Assembly (NCBI GenBank): GCA_045863855.1 | Contig: BTVV01000004.1 | Span: 1 to 64,000, forward strand | Direction of reading: 5' to 3' | DNA: 64,000 nucleotides | From: Planctomycetota bacterium | GTDB lineage: Bacteria; Planctomycetota; SZUA-567; H5-PLA8 | In this document: positions 1 to 8,461 of the stretch, piece by piece | Position numbering within the stretch: the first letter of the stretch is position 1 | Layout: each line of letters begins with the position of its first letter | The notes under the pieces: model-generated | What the model was told of the DNA's origin: nothing | The model's database searches: none | What the model saw: only the letters and a program-made list of their open reading frames with translations | Program-made: the position numbers and the translations under genes

Positions 1-3000
1 CTGTTGCACGGCCCCTTGTGCGTCCACCAAAGCCACCACTGCTTCGGGCACATCGGCCACGCCCAGGTTGAAGACCTGACCGCGCAGCTTCGCGCCATCG
101 ATCTTCAGGGCCAGCGGGCTGAGCGCCAAGTCCGCGCGCGTTTCAAGCGCGCCCAGCGACTGCCCTTGTTCGGCTTGCAAGTGCAGCACATATACGCCCT
201 TCTTCGGCAACGCCACCTCGAAGGAGTGACCCTTGCCCAGCACCACAGTCTCTTTCCAATTAACCTCGTCGGGCGCATCGTCTTCGTTGGCGTCGGGTCC
301 GAACGAAAGCGAGTACCGAGCGTGCGCCAGCCGCCAGACCGTTCCGCGTCCCTTCAGCGCCCGTTCGCTTACGTTGCACAACAGAACTTTCAGTTCGTTC
401 GGCGACGCCTTCAGCACCAAGGCCGCGTAGTCGGTCCCGAAGCCGTCCCAACTCACCGCATAGCTGTGGTTGAACTTATTCCGCGTCGCGTGACCGCCGC
501 AGTACAAGATCGACGGCATCGTCAGCGCGTACAGAAACACGCGGTCGGTGAAGCATTCGCTCGACGTATAGATGTGCTGGTAGCGCTGCAACTCCGTAAC
601 GTCGTTCTTGAGCGTCTCGATCAGATGCTTCTTGTCGCCGGTGCGATAGAACAAGTAGGTACTGGCGCGGTTTTCCTCCACCAGCTTCGCTTCCGTTTCG
701 GGCGTCAGTTCCAGCAGGCCATCTTGCAACAGTTCGGGCAACATGCGCCTGACGTCGCCTTGCGAGCGACCTTGCGCGTTGAGAAACTCGTTGAAGGGTG
801 CGATGTACTTCTTGTCACCGGTGATCTGCGCCAAAAACGTATGCGCGCTGGCCTGTCCGCCGTAGCCGCCGGCAAAAGGGTACGATTCCGATGCCGTCAC
901 GCGATCGCTCACGACCTCGACGCCCGTCGCGTAAGCACCGGGCTGCTGGTGGGCGAGCCAACTGACGGCCCATTCGTCCAGCCACTTTAACACGGTGGGA
1001 TGACGGTTGTACCAGCAGACCTCCAGTGCCGGATGCCACATCAGCGGATGCGCGTGCCCGTCCGTGTCGGGCTTGCGGTCCATGCGCAGATCGGCCGAGC
1101 CGCATTCCTGCGACTTGAAGTGCCGGTGCCCGGCGGCGTTAACCACCGTCAGCTTTTCGGTGCTCCGCGCGGCGACCAGACAGCGGTTGAAGTAAACCGG
1201 ATCGCCGTAATTCCACCACAGCATCAGCGCTTCGTGGTTGATCCCCTCCTCGTATGCGTGCAGCGGGTCGGTGGTATGCCGGTTCAACCCTTCCTCCAGA
1301 TTCGCGCGCTCGGCCTGTTCGGCCAACCGCGCCCCCGCGTCGAGCACCCGTCCGCCCAGCCCGTCGCGCTCGAACATCGGGAAGCCTGCAAAATTCTGCA
1401 TCAGGTCCGTATCGTCGCCGACTTCCCCGCCAAATTCTCCGTTCGGTGTCATGCGCTCGTCGATCCACCATGCCGCGACTTCGCGCGATTGCATCCACGC
1501 CTGACGCGCCAGCACCGCCCACTCCGGCACGCCTTCGATCCGGTCGTATTTCGTTTCGAACGCGGGCGTGGAATTCTCTTTGCGCAGAATATTCCGCCAG
1601 CACCATTCGTAATACTGGCGCACAACGGCATCCTTGCCCTCGGCGTCGATGGCGCGGCACTGGTCGATCGTATCGAAGATTTCTTTGACCCACGGGCTCA
1701 TCGCCGCGTTCTTCGGATCCGCATGCCATTTGTCCATTTGCTCCCGGCTGTGGAACGAATTCCAAGGCCGCGCCTCGCTCATGTTGGCGTAGAAGCCTTT
1801 GAGCAGCGTCTTGCGGTATTCAAGCGCTTCCGCCTGCGCCACGGCGCGCTCGACAACGTAACGTTCGAGCTTTACCCGGGTCAGTTTGGCCGGCGCGTCG
1901 AAGCGCAGCGAAACCCAGAGCCTCCGCCCCGACGGAACGATCTGGTCCGGAAAGTCGAGGATCAACCGCAGCCGGCCGGACTCGGCCAGCGCGTAGTCAG
2001 CGCCATGAAGCTCCAGCCGCGGATTGAGCGGATCCTGTACGCGGACGGTGAAGGCCAGCGGCCTTAACTCGCCCCGAACCTCGGCGTCGAGCCCTAGGGC
2101 CGCAAGCGGCGTCTCCGCATCTAAAGATTCAGTAAGCAAATGGATCCAGCGCCCAGACGGCGCGTCCAGTGCGCCCGCTTCCGGCGCGTCTTGTGCGGAG
2201 CATGTGTAAACCACCCTGTCTTCCGCGCCGAAGCGCTTCTCGAGCGCCAGGCGAAGTTCGGCCGCCACTTGCTCGGTTTTCCAGTGGGCCGCACCCGTAT
2301 GCGGAGCGGGCAGCGTGCCCGCGCCTTTCGACACCCGGAAGAAAGAAAGATCCGCGATCTTTCCGTCGCCCACCTCGAAAAAGCTGACTTTTCCGGCTTG
2401 GACCGGCACATCGAACCAGGCGCGGCTATTCTCGGTCTGGCCGGGGAATTCGTGCACCAGTGTTCCGCCTTCCGGCGTGTCGTAACCGGGCGCATCGCGG
2501 AAGAGCTTGGCTTTTACGCCCCCGCGCACCACCACTGCGTTAAAACCTTCGCGGTCCGCCAGCTTCAGATGCAAACCGTCGTTACGGTTCCAGGCATAGC
2601 CCACGCCGCTGCCGGCGGAAGGCTGATTGTATTCCCAATGCCCGCCGTCCCACCGCCCGCTATGCAGAGATCCGTCGATGGGATTGACGATGAAGCCGCG
2701 CACCGATCGGCAATCGGTGGGCCGCAGCTTGGTCACCCGCAGCGGTTCGTCGCCTGGCGATACGGAAAGGGCCGGCCCCGACGCAGCCAACCCCACTTCG
2801 CGTACCACCTCCAAGTGGCGCAGGAAGCACGTACCCTGGCCGGACTCTTCGGTCACGCCGACGATCAATAACGCTTCACCGCTGGCCCCAGTGGTGAACA
2901 TCGCCTGGCGTGCCTGATATGTCTCGCTTTTCGAAAAGCGCAGATCGATGGGCTTGCCCTTCTGCGCGGGATCGTCGACGCGCACGCGCGCGTAAAACGG

Positions 3001-3885
3001 GCCTTCGCCGCGACCTTCCGCTGCTATCCGGTAAAGCCGGTGAGCCCGCAGCTTCAACGTTCGCTGGAAAGTGGTGTAGCGGCCAGGAGCCGCGATCTTG
3101 ACGGCCGGTGTTCCGCGGTCTTCCACGCTTGTAAACAACCCCTCGTCGCCCTTCGCGAAACTCCAGCCTTCGCGCGTTGCCAACGCCGGATCGGGCACCG
3201 CGTTCGGCGTGCTCACGTACACTCGTCCAAAGCCTTCGAAACCCGCATACGGCGCGCCCGGCGGCCAAACCGAGAGCTTGATCGGCTCCGCGGTGCGGTC
3301 CTCGCGTCCGATCTTCAGCTCAAGCAGGTCACCGTCTCGAAACGCATCCAGGCCCACATCGGCCGCGGGAATTTTAAACTCGGCCGTAAATCGATCGCCT
3401 CCCACGTGCACCTTCACGTCCCAGCCGGGCTCGAACTTCTCGCCTTTGCCGCCGCGCTTGCGATGCTCTTCTTGCGTCCCGATGCCGTTCACGATGAACT
3501 GATCGCAGTCCAGTGCGTTCCCGGTCGTGCGCACCCAAAGTTCGATGCAGTCGTCGGTCCAGACCTGTTCGCCGCGCAGTTTCTGCTCCGCGCGCATTTT
3601 CTGCGGCTCGGGTTCGGCGCAACGTACGCCGACATACAGATGCCGGCCGTCATGGCACAACCGCGCCTCGATGGCTTTACCGGGGGCTTCGGCCAATTTG
3701 GGCTGCGTGAAGTTCGAAAGCAGCACGGCCTGCTTCCAGCACGGTTCGTCCAGGTTTCCGTCCAAGGCCGGAGGCGCTTCGATGCGCGGTACGTTTTCGG
3801 CTCCGGATTCCGCGGCCGCTTCAACCAGACCAGCGCAGACCAGCATCGCACTCAGCCATCCAGCGCGGCAAAAAAGGGAGCGCAT
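1..3885 (-). CDS. Large secreted protein (>1295 aa, 3' end beyond window) with N-terminal CBM9-like sugar-binding domain; probable carbohydrate-active/binding protein
   Basis: Absent from the ORF track, consistent with no stop before the window edge. ATG at 3885 with GAGGA upstream gives MRSLFCRAGWLSAMLVCAGLVEA (signal peptide), then PRIEAPPALDGNLDEPCWKQA...LYVGVRC...DDCIELW (CBM9/DOMON-like). Spot translations at 781-1100 are open in the same frame. The + strand ORFs 4-990, 1000-2067, 2140-2871 and 3040-3909 are its in-register antisense shadows. Confidence 0.85.
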   Translation of the reverse strand, partial: MRSLFCRAGWLSAMLVCAGLVEAAAESGAENVPRIEAPPALDGNLDEPCWKQAVLLSNFTQPKLAEAPGKAIEARLCHDGRHLYVGVRCAEPEPQKMRAEQKLRGEQVWTDDCIELWVRTTGNALDCDQFIVNGIGTQEEHRKRGGKGEKFEPGWDVKVHVGGDRFTAEFKIPAADVGLDAFRDGDLLELKIGREDRTAEPIKLSVWPPGAPYAGFEGFGRVYVSTPNAVPDPALATREGWSFAKGDEGLFTSVEDRGTPAVKIAAPGRYTTFQRTLKLRAHRLYRIAAEGRGEGPFYARVRVDDPAQKGKPIDLRFSKSETYQARQAMFTTGASGEALLIVGVTEESGQGTCFLRHLEVVREVGLAASGPALSVSPGDEPLRVTKLRPTDCRSVRGFIVNPIDGSLHSGRWDGGHWEYNQPSAGSGVGYAWNRNDGLHLKLADREGFNAVVVRGGVKAKLFRDAPGYDTPEGGTLVHEFPGQTENSRAWFDVPVQAGKVSFFEVGDGKIADLSFFRVSKGAGTLPAPHTGAAHWKTEQVAAELRLALEKRFGAEDRVVYTCSAQDAPEAGALDAPSGRWIHLLTESLDAETPLAALGLDAEVRGELRPLAFTVRVQDPLNPRLELHGADYALAESGRLRLILDFPDQIVPSGRRLWVSLRFDAPAKLTRVKLERYVVERAVAQAEALEYRKTLLKGFYANMSEARPWNSFHSREQMDKWHADPKNAAMSPWVKEIFDTIDQCRAIDAEGKDAVVRQYYEWCWRNILRKENSTPAFETKYDRIEGVPEWAVLARQAWMQSREVAAWWIDERMTPNGEFGGEVGDDTDLMQNFAGFPMFERDGLGGRVLDAGARLAEQAERANLEEGLNRHTTDPLHAYEEGINHEALMLWWNYGDPVYFNRCLVAARSTEKLTVVNAAGHRHFKSQECGSADLRMDRKPDTDGHAHPLMWHPALEVCWYNRHPTVLKWLDEWAVSWLAHQQPGAYATGVEVVSDRVTASESYPFAGGYGGQASAHTFLAQITGDKKYIAPFNEFLNAQGRSQGDVRRMLPELLQDGLLELTPETEAKLVEENRASTYLFYRTGDKKHLIETLKNDVTELQRYQHIYTSSECFTDRVFLYALTMPSILYCGGHATRNKFNHSYAVSWDGFGTDYAALVLKASPNELKVLLCNVSERALKGRGTVWRLAHARYSLSFGPDANEDDAPDEVNWKETVVLGKGHSFEVALPKKGVYVLHLQAEQGQSLGALETRADLALSPLALKIDGAKLRGQVFNLGVADVPEAVVALVDAQGAVQQ

Positions 3886-3895
3886 CGTTTTTCCT

Positions 3896-3913
3896 CATGT
3901 AACAAGTAACATG
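3896..3913. promoter_or_regulatory. Imperfect palindrome CATGTAACAAGTAACATG, candidate operator
   Basis: 14/18 positions are self-complementary. It lies in an AT-rich divergent intergenic region and abuts the RBS of the 1-3885 gene. Confidence 0.4.
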
Positions 3914-4038
3914 GATTTAAAACTGCGTTTCCTGGTTATACACCGTCTGAGCCACCTTGAGTTCTACCGAGTCCCGGCATTCTCGAGTGAAAGCCATAAC
4001 CGAAGCTGCTTATTCGATTTGAAGAACCTTGGGATAGC

Positions 4039-4842
4039 ATGGCTCGCATGTTTCCGGAAGCTTACTCCTGGTGGCCTTGGCGCGTCTGGGCCGCGGCCAC
4101 GGCTTGCGCTTCCGGCAGCGCGGCGCTCGCCGTGCTCTGGCTCAACGACCGCAGCCAAGGCCGCGATCCAGAACTCGTCGCCGCCGTGGCGGCGCTGGCC
4201 GTGTACGGCGCAGGCAACGGGTTGTTGTTGGGATCGGCCATCGGCGACATGGGCCGTACGCTGCTGGCCGTCGTCCTCGCGGCCTTCGCGGCGACCCTTT
4301 GTATGGAATACCTGGGTATAGCGGTCTATATCCTCGGCCTGCCCATCGTGGTCGCCGCGCTGAGCGCCAGTCTTTCACGAGAGACCGGCCTGCACGAACT
4401 CGTTCGCAACGTCCTAGGGGGGTGGCTGATGCTGGCGATCTGCCTGCCGCTGGGCCTTTGCAGCATGGGCATCCTGGCCGCGCTGTCGCAAGCCGGTTCG
4501 CCAGGACCGATCCGTATAGTGCTATCCATGCTAAGTGCTTTTGCCGCGCTTGCCGCGGCCAATGTCCTGTTCATTGGGCTGCTGTTTCGCAGTATGCACC
4601 GCGTCACGCGCATGGCCTCAAGCGCCGCTCCGCGCGCTCCGGTCGAACCCGGCGCAAGCTCGGTGGAACTCTCCCGCCTCGCCCAATCCCATGTAGCGCT
4701 GCGAAAAATTCCCCTGACGCCTCCTCTTCCTCGACCGCGCGTGCCTGTTGCGCTTTCGCCGCTCCTGTCCCCGACTCGGGCCAGACGTAATTCCCTGCGC
4801 GCCTACCTGAAACGCCGTGGGCCGCGCCGCTTGGTGCGCTAA
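4039..4842 (+). CDS. Hypothetical multi-pass membrane protein
   Basis: About 5-6 hydrophobic segments followed by a Pro/Arg-rich tail; no family recognised. Confidence 0.6.
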   Translation: MARMFPEAYSWWPWRVWAAATACASGSAALAVLWLNDRSQGRDPELVAAVAALAVYGAGNGLLLGSAIGDMGRTLLAVVLAAFAATLCMEYLGIAVYILGLPIVVAALSASLSRETGLHELVRNVLGGWLMLAICLPLGLCSMGILAALSQAGSPGPIRIVLSMLSAFAALAAANVLFIGLLFRSMHRVTRMASSAAPRAPVEPGASSVELSRLAQSHVALRKIPLTPPLPRPRVPVALSPLLSPTRARRNSLRAYLKRRGPRRLVR

Positions 4843-4910
4843 TGAAACCGCGCGCCACAGGATGCTTCCCGGGCGCGCGGCGAAGATCGACAAAATGGAA
4901 CGACCTTGAG

Positions 4911-5090
4911 TTAGTGCCCGCCGTGCTTCCTGGGCTTTCCGGCGTCCGGATCGGGTGGTTCGGTGATAATGCCGTAAGCCATCCAAAGCATCCCGCCAAC
5001 AAGCAAGACCAAGCCGATCACCAACATCATGGGTGGAGGAGGCTTTTCCGGTCCTCCCGGCGGCTTCGGTTTGGCATCCTGTGCGGCCAT
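4911..5090 (-). CDS. Small single-pass membrane protein (59 aa)
   Basis: Hand translation MAAQDAKPKPPGGPEKPPPPMMLVIGLVLLVGGMLWMAYGIITEPPDPDAGKPRKHGGH*. It has one clear TM helix and AAGGGG upstream, and fills the gap between neighbouring genes. Just under the ORF-track size cutoff. Confidence 0.65.
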   Translation of the reverse strand: MAAQDAKPKPPGGPEKPPPPMMLVIGLVLLVGGMLWMAYGIITEPPDPDAGKPRKHGGH

Positions 5091-5201
5091 ACGGGAACCC
5101 CTTTGCGTGTGGCGATGAACGACGATACGCCATTACCCAATAGGGATAATCGTCCAAAAAGGTCCGCCGGTCAAACGGAATCGGATCGCCCCACCCGTAG
5201 G

Positions 5202-6509
5202 TTAGTCCCCTGCGGCGCCTATACGCAGCTCGCCGGAATCGGGTTGAGGTTCCTGCGTACGCGGCGGGACAGGCCCCGCTCCGGCAGGAGCCGGAGTTGC
5301 GGGGGCTTGGGAGAAGAAGATGCGATCGACCTCCAAGCTCCTGAACGCGGTTTCGATTTTCCCCGTCTCCAGATTGACCGACAGGACCTGATACTTTCTC
5401 TGGCCGTAGCCATGGTATCCATAGTGGGTATAGGGATCGTCCACGGTGGCGCCTAGAAGTCCCGATACCAGGTACGCTTGTGTGCCTGAGGGATCCACGC
5501 CGGCCAATCGAAAGTGGTGCCAGTAAATCGAATGATGGTCCACAGAGGCGACCTTCTTCCAGGCGCCCGTGAGCACCTCCGGCTTAATCCAAAGGGTAGA
5601 TTCCAGCCGGTCCTCGGACAGGCGTTTTCCGTAGCAAAGCGCAACCACCCCTCGCCCGGCAGGCATCGGACAAAGACTCGGCGTTGGGTCCGGAGGCAAG
5701 GCCAAGGGCTTGGAGATTTTACCCGTCGCGTCAAAACAGTACAGATGATGGCTACTCGCGATCGCAAGCGTTCCGTCCGAAAGCGTGGTCATGCCGCTCC
5801 CGAACTGAATGTCGTATTGCGGGGTGAGCGGGATGCGGCCCATGCGCCCGGTTTTTAAGTCCAGCACTTGCAGTTCCGTGGCGGTGCGCTGACCGGCCAG
5901 TTGCTGAATCGACCACCAACGTTCGTTGACCGCGTCGTGTCCCCAGGCCATATGGCCCCATCCGCCCCATCCCCAGTTCGCGTACTGATGCCAACCGGGC
6001 AGTTGCCCCACCAAACGCTCCGCCCCGGACTTCAAATCCCGTTCGTAAATCTCCCGCATCTGGAGAACTTGGGCTGGGGACTTCCCTTTAGGCAACCGCT
6101 GCCGGCTTTCCAGATATACCTTGCTCCCGTCCGCGTTCATGCTTGCGCCGAGCAGCCGCAAATTCACACGCCCCAAGGCCGGGTCGGCCACTTCGACGAA
6201 GGGCTTGGCGAGCGGACCTATCGTGCGGACCGTCTTCTTATGCAGGTCGATCAGGTACAGTTTCCAGGCACCCGTTCCGTACTCGTCGTCCAGATCTTCA
6301 TGCGCACGCAGGACGAGTCCTTCCGAAGCGTTCAGGAAATCGTACACGCCCAGCGGCAGCCAGCGCCCTGGCGGCGCGTTGCCGGAGGGGGCCTCTCCGC
6401 CCCTGGCAAGAGGCGTTAAGCACAACACCCACACCACGGCCCATCGCCTCAGTAGCACAAACGCCTCCCGGGACGCCACTCCTGCGTCGTAGTCTCCAGG
6501 ACGTACCAA
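5202..6509 (-). CDS. Hypothetical exported protein, possibly beta-propeller-like
   Basis: Signal-like N-terminus (WAVVWVLCLTPLARG) and repeated (L/V)DLK(T/S)G/NLETG strand-turn motifs; start uncertain. Confidence 0.65.
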   Translation of the reverse strand: MVRPGDYDAGVASREAFVLLRRWAVVWVLCLTPLARGGEAPSGNAPPGRWLPLGVYDFLNASEGLVLRAHEDLDDEYGTGAWKLYLIDLHKKTVRTIGPLAKPFVEVADPALGRVNLRLLGASMNADGSKVYLESRQRLPKGKSPAQVLQMREIYERDLKSGAERLVGQLPGWHQYANWGWGGWGHMAWGHDAVNERWWSIQQLAGQRTATELQVLDLKTGRMGRIPLTPQYDIQFGSGMTTLSDGTLAIASSHHLYCFDATGKISKPLALPPDPTPSLCPMPAGRGVVALCYGKRLSEDRLESTLWIKPEVLTGAWKKVASVDHHSIYWHHFRLAGVDPSGTQAYLVSGLLGATVDDPYTHYGYHGYGQRKYQVLSVNLETGKIETAFRSLEVDRIFFSQAPATPAPAGAGPVPPRTQEPQPDSGELRIGAAGD

Positions 6510-6546
6510 GCCGAATTGGTGTGACCACCTGCCCCTCGCTGCGCTC

Positions 6547-6575
6547 TTGACCGCTCCCCCATCCTTCCTTACTAT
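6547..6575 (+). promoter_or_regulatory. Sigma70-type promoter for the leader-cysE/trpC unit
   Basis: TTGACC (6547-6552) - 17 nt - TACTAT (6570-6575). Confidence 0.6.
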
Positions 6576-6611
6576 GGTGCCCGCCTTTGTTTAGGAGCGT
6601 CCCCAAGCACT

Positions 6612-6722
6612 ATGCACGCCGTGGTTCTATCTCGTCTTCCTCGCCGCGCCGCGATTCTCGCGGTTGCCGGCACACGGGCAGGCTCCTGGCGGTCGATGCC
6701 GGGCTGTTGTTGCGCGCATTGA
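6612..6722 (+). CDS. Putative attenuator leader peptide (36 aa, ...GSWRSMPGCCCAH*)
   Basis: ATG 6612 with AGGAG at 6593-6597; Trp codon at 6687; tandem Cys codons TGT TGT TGC at 6705-6713; stop at 6720-6722; alternative internal ATG at 6696. Lies directly upstream of cysE. Confidence 0.7.
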   Translation: MHAVVLSRLPRRAAILAVAGTRAGSWRSMPGCCCAH

Positions 6723-6794
6723 TGGTCCCCCCTTGCGGGCCGAACGGCGGCCCGCGCCTGACGCGCAAAACAGCTCCCTAGGAATATCGACGCC
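6688..6794 (+). promoter_or_regulatory. Long RBS-sequestering stem-loop (translational attenuator)
   Basis: GGCGGTCGAT (6688-6697) pairs with ATCGACGCC (6786-6794, just before the ATG). GGGCTGTTGTTGCGCG (6701-6716) pairs with CGCGCAAAACAGCTC (6762-6776). Perfect inner hairpin GCGGGCCG/CGGCCCGC (6735-6755). The SD-like AGGA (6780-6783) is enclosed. Confidence 0.7.
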
Positions 6795-8375
6795 ATGGAA
6801 CTCCTCGAACGCATCCTGCACGGCTTTCTGCTCTTCGTTGCCGCGATGGCCCTTCTCAAGCTGGGTTTCGCGATTCTCGTCGCCTTCATGGCCGTCCTTT
6901 TTAAGCCGTCCCTGATCGGCAGCGTGCTGGCGGACTTGCGATGCATCCGAGAACGCGACCCGGCGGTGGAAGGTTGGATCGCGGCGCTCTTCTATCCCGG
7001 TTGGTGGGCGCTGGCGCTGCATAAGCTGATCGCGCATCCGCTGTACCGCATCGGCTTGCGCACGCCCGCGCGGCTGGCCAACTTCGGCGCGCGTTTCCTG
7101 ACCGGCACGGATATTCATCCCGGCGCGCAATTGGGCCAAGCGATCTTCATCGACCATGCGCACGGCGTCGTGATCGGTGAAACGGCGATCGTGGGCGACG
7201 GCGTCACCGTCCTCCATCAGGTCACTTTGGGCGGCACCGGCAAGGAACACGGCAAGCGCCATCCCACGGTGGAGGACGGAGTTCTGCTCAGCGCCGGATC
7301 CAAGGTGCTGGGCAATATCGTCATCGGCGCCGATGCCAAAATCGGCGCCGGCAGCGTCGTCGTAAAAGCCGTACCCGCCGAATCCACGGTCGTCGGCATC
7401 CCGGGGCGCATCGTCGCCACCGGCGGCAAGCGCCTCCCCGCCAAATCGCTCGACCAGACCGACCTGCCCGATCCGATCGTCGAACGCCTCGTGGCGCTGC
7501 AAGACGAACTCCGCGAATGGGAGCGCAAAGTGGAAGAAAAGAAGTCCAGCGGCGCGCGCTGGCCGAAGGCCGGTGAAGACGTGCTCGCCGAGATCGTGAC
7601 GCATAAGCATGCCGAAGTGGCCGAAGCGCGCGCGCGCGCGCCGCTTCCCGAACTGCGCAGTCAGCCCGGAGTGCGCGGTTCGCCGCGCGGCTTCGCCGCC
7701 GCTCTGCGCGGGCCGGGACTGCGGCTCATCGCAGAAATCAAGAAAGCCAGCCCTTCGGGCGGACTGCTGCGCGAAGACTTCGATCCGCAGGTCATCGCGC
7801 GCATCTACCAGGACGCGCACGCCTCGGCCCTCTCGGTGCTCACCGACCGAAAGTACTTCCAGGGCTCGCTCGAGTACCTGGCCCAGGTCCGCGCCGCCGT
7901 GGGCCTGCCGCTCTTGCGCAAAGATTTCGTGATCGACGAATACCAGATCGTCGAAGCCGCGCGCGCCGGCGCCGACGCGGTCCTGCTCATCGCCGCCTGC
8001 CTCGACGACGCCCAACTCAAGGGCTTCCGCGAAGCCGCCTCCGCCGAAGGGCTCGACGCGCTCGTCGAAGTCCACGACGAGGCCGAACTGGTCCGCGCGC
8101 TCCAGAGCGGCGCCGAGATCCTGGGCATCAACAATCGCAACCTCAAGACCCTCGAAACGAAACTCGAGACGACTTACAGGCTCGTCCGCGAACTCCCCTC
8201 CGACCGCAACGGGCTGCTCGTCGTCAGCGAGTCGGGGATCAAGACCGCCGAGGACACGCACCGCCTCATCGAAGCGGGGGTCAACGCCGTACTCATCGGC
8301 GAAACCTTCATGCGCGCGCCAGACATCGGCTCGAAGGTTCGCGAGATCATGGGGCATGGGGAGTACGCGATCTGA
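6795..8375 (+). CDS. cysE-trpC: Serine O-acetyltransferase / indole-3-glycerol-phosphate synthase fusion (CysE-TrpC)
   Basis: CysE motifs RERDPA, DIHPGA, FIDHAHGVVIGET, GKRHPT and hexapeptide repeats. From about 7575, TrpC motifs EIKKASPS, SVLTD, LRKDF, LVEVH, GINNRNL, SESG. One uninterrupted frame. Confidence 0.92.
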   Translation: MELLERILHGFLLFVAAMALLKLGFAILVAFMAVLFKPSLIGSVLADLRCIRERDPAVEGWIAALFYPGWWALALHKLIAHPLYRIGLRTPARLANFGARFLTGTDIHPGAQLGQAIFIDHAHGVVIGETAIVGDGVTVLHQVTLGGTGKEHGKRHPTVEDGVLLSAGSKVLGNIVIGADAKIGAGSVVVKAVPAESTVVGIPGRIVATGGKRLPAKSLDQTDLPDPIVERLVALQDELREWERKVEEKKSSGARWPKAGEDVLAEIVTHKHAEVAEARARAPLPELRSQPGVRGSPRGFAAALRGPGLRLIAEIKKASPSGGLLREDFDPQVIARIYQDAHASALSVLTDRKYFQGSLEYLAQVRAAVGLPLLRKDFVIDEYQIVEAARAGADAVLLIAACLDDAQLKGFREAASAEGLDALVEVHDEAELVRALQSGAEILGINNRNLKTLETKLETTYRLVRELPSDRNGLLVVSESGIKTAEDTHRLIEAGVNAVLIGETFMRAPDIGSKVREIMGHGEYAI

Positions 8376-8461
8376 GACGCGGCAGGCAACAGTCAAACGA
8401 GCGTGGGCCAGACAGGGCGCTCCGACGAACGGGTGGAACTCCACCGCGCACAGGGTCCGGC

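Noticed and set aside
4..3909. Long + strand ORFs 4-990, 1000-2067, 2140-2871, 3040-3909
   Set aside because: All are in register with the minus-strand gene starting at 3885; antisense shadows with no protein-like motifs.
6620..6700. Minus-strand GCCCGTGTGCCGGCAACC resembling a SAM-I riboswitch core
   Set aside because: Wrong orientation for cysE and lacks the GGTGC(C/T)AA element; the region is better explained by the plus-strand leader ORF.
6735..6770. GC hairpin as an intrinsic terminator
   Set aside because: No U-tract follows on the + strand; it is the apical part of the RBS-sequestering stem.
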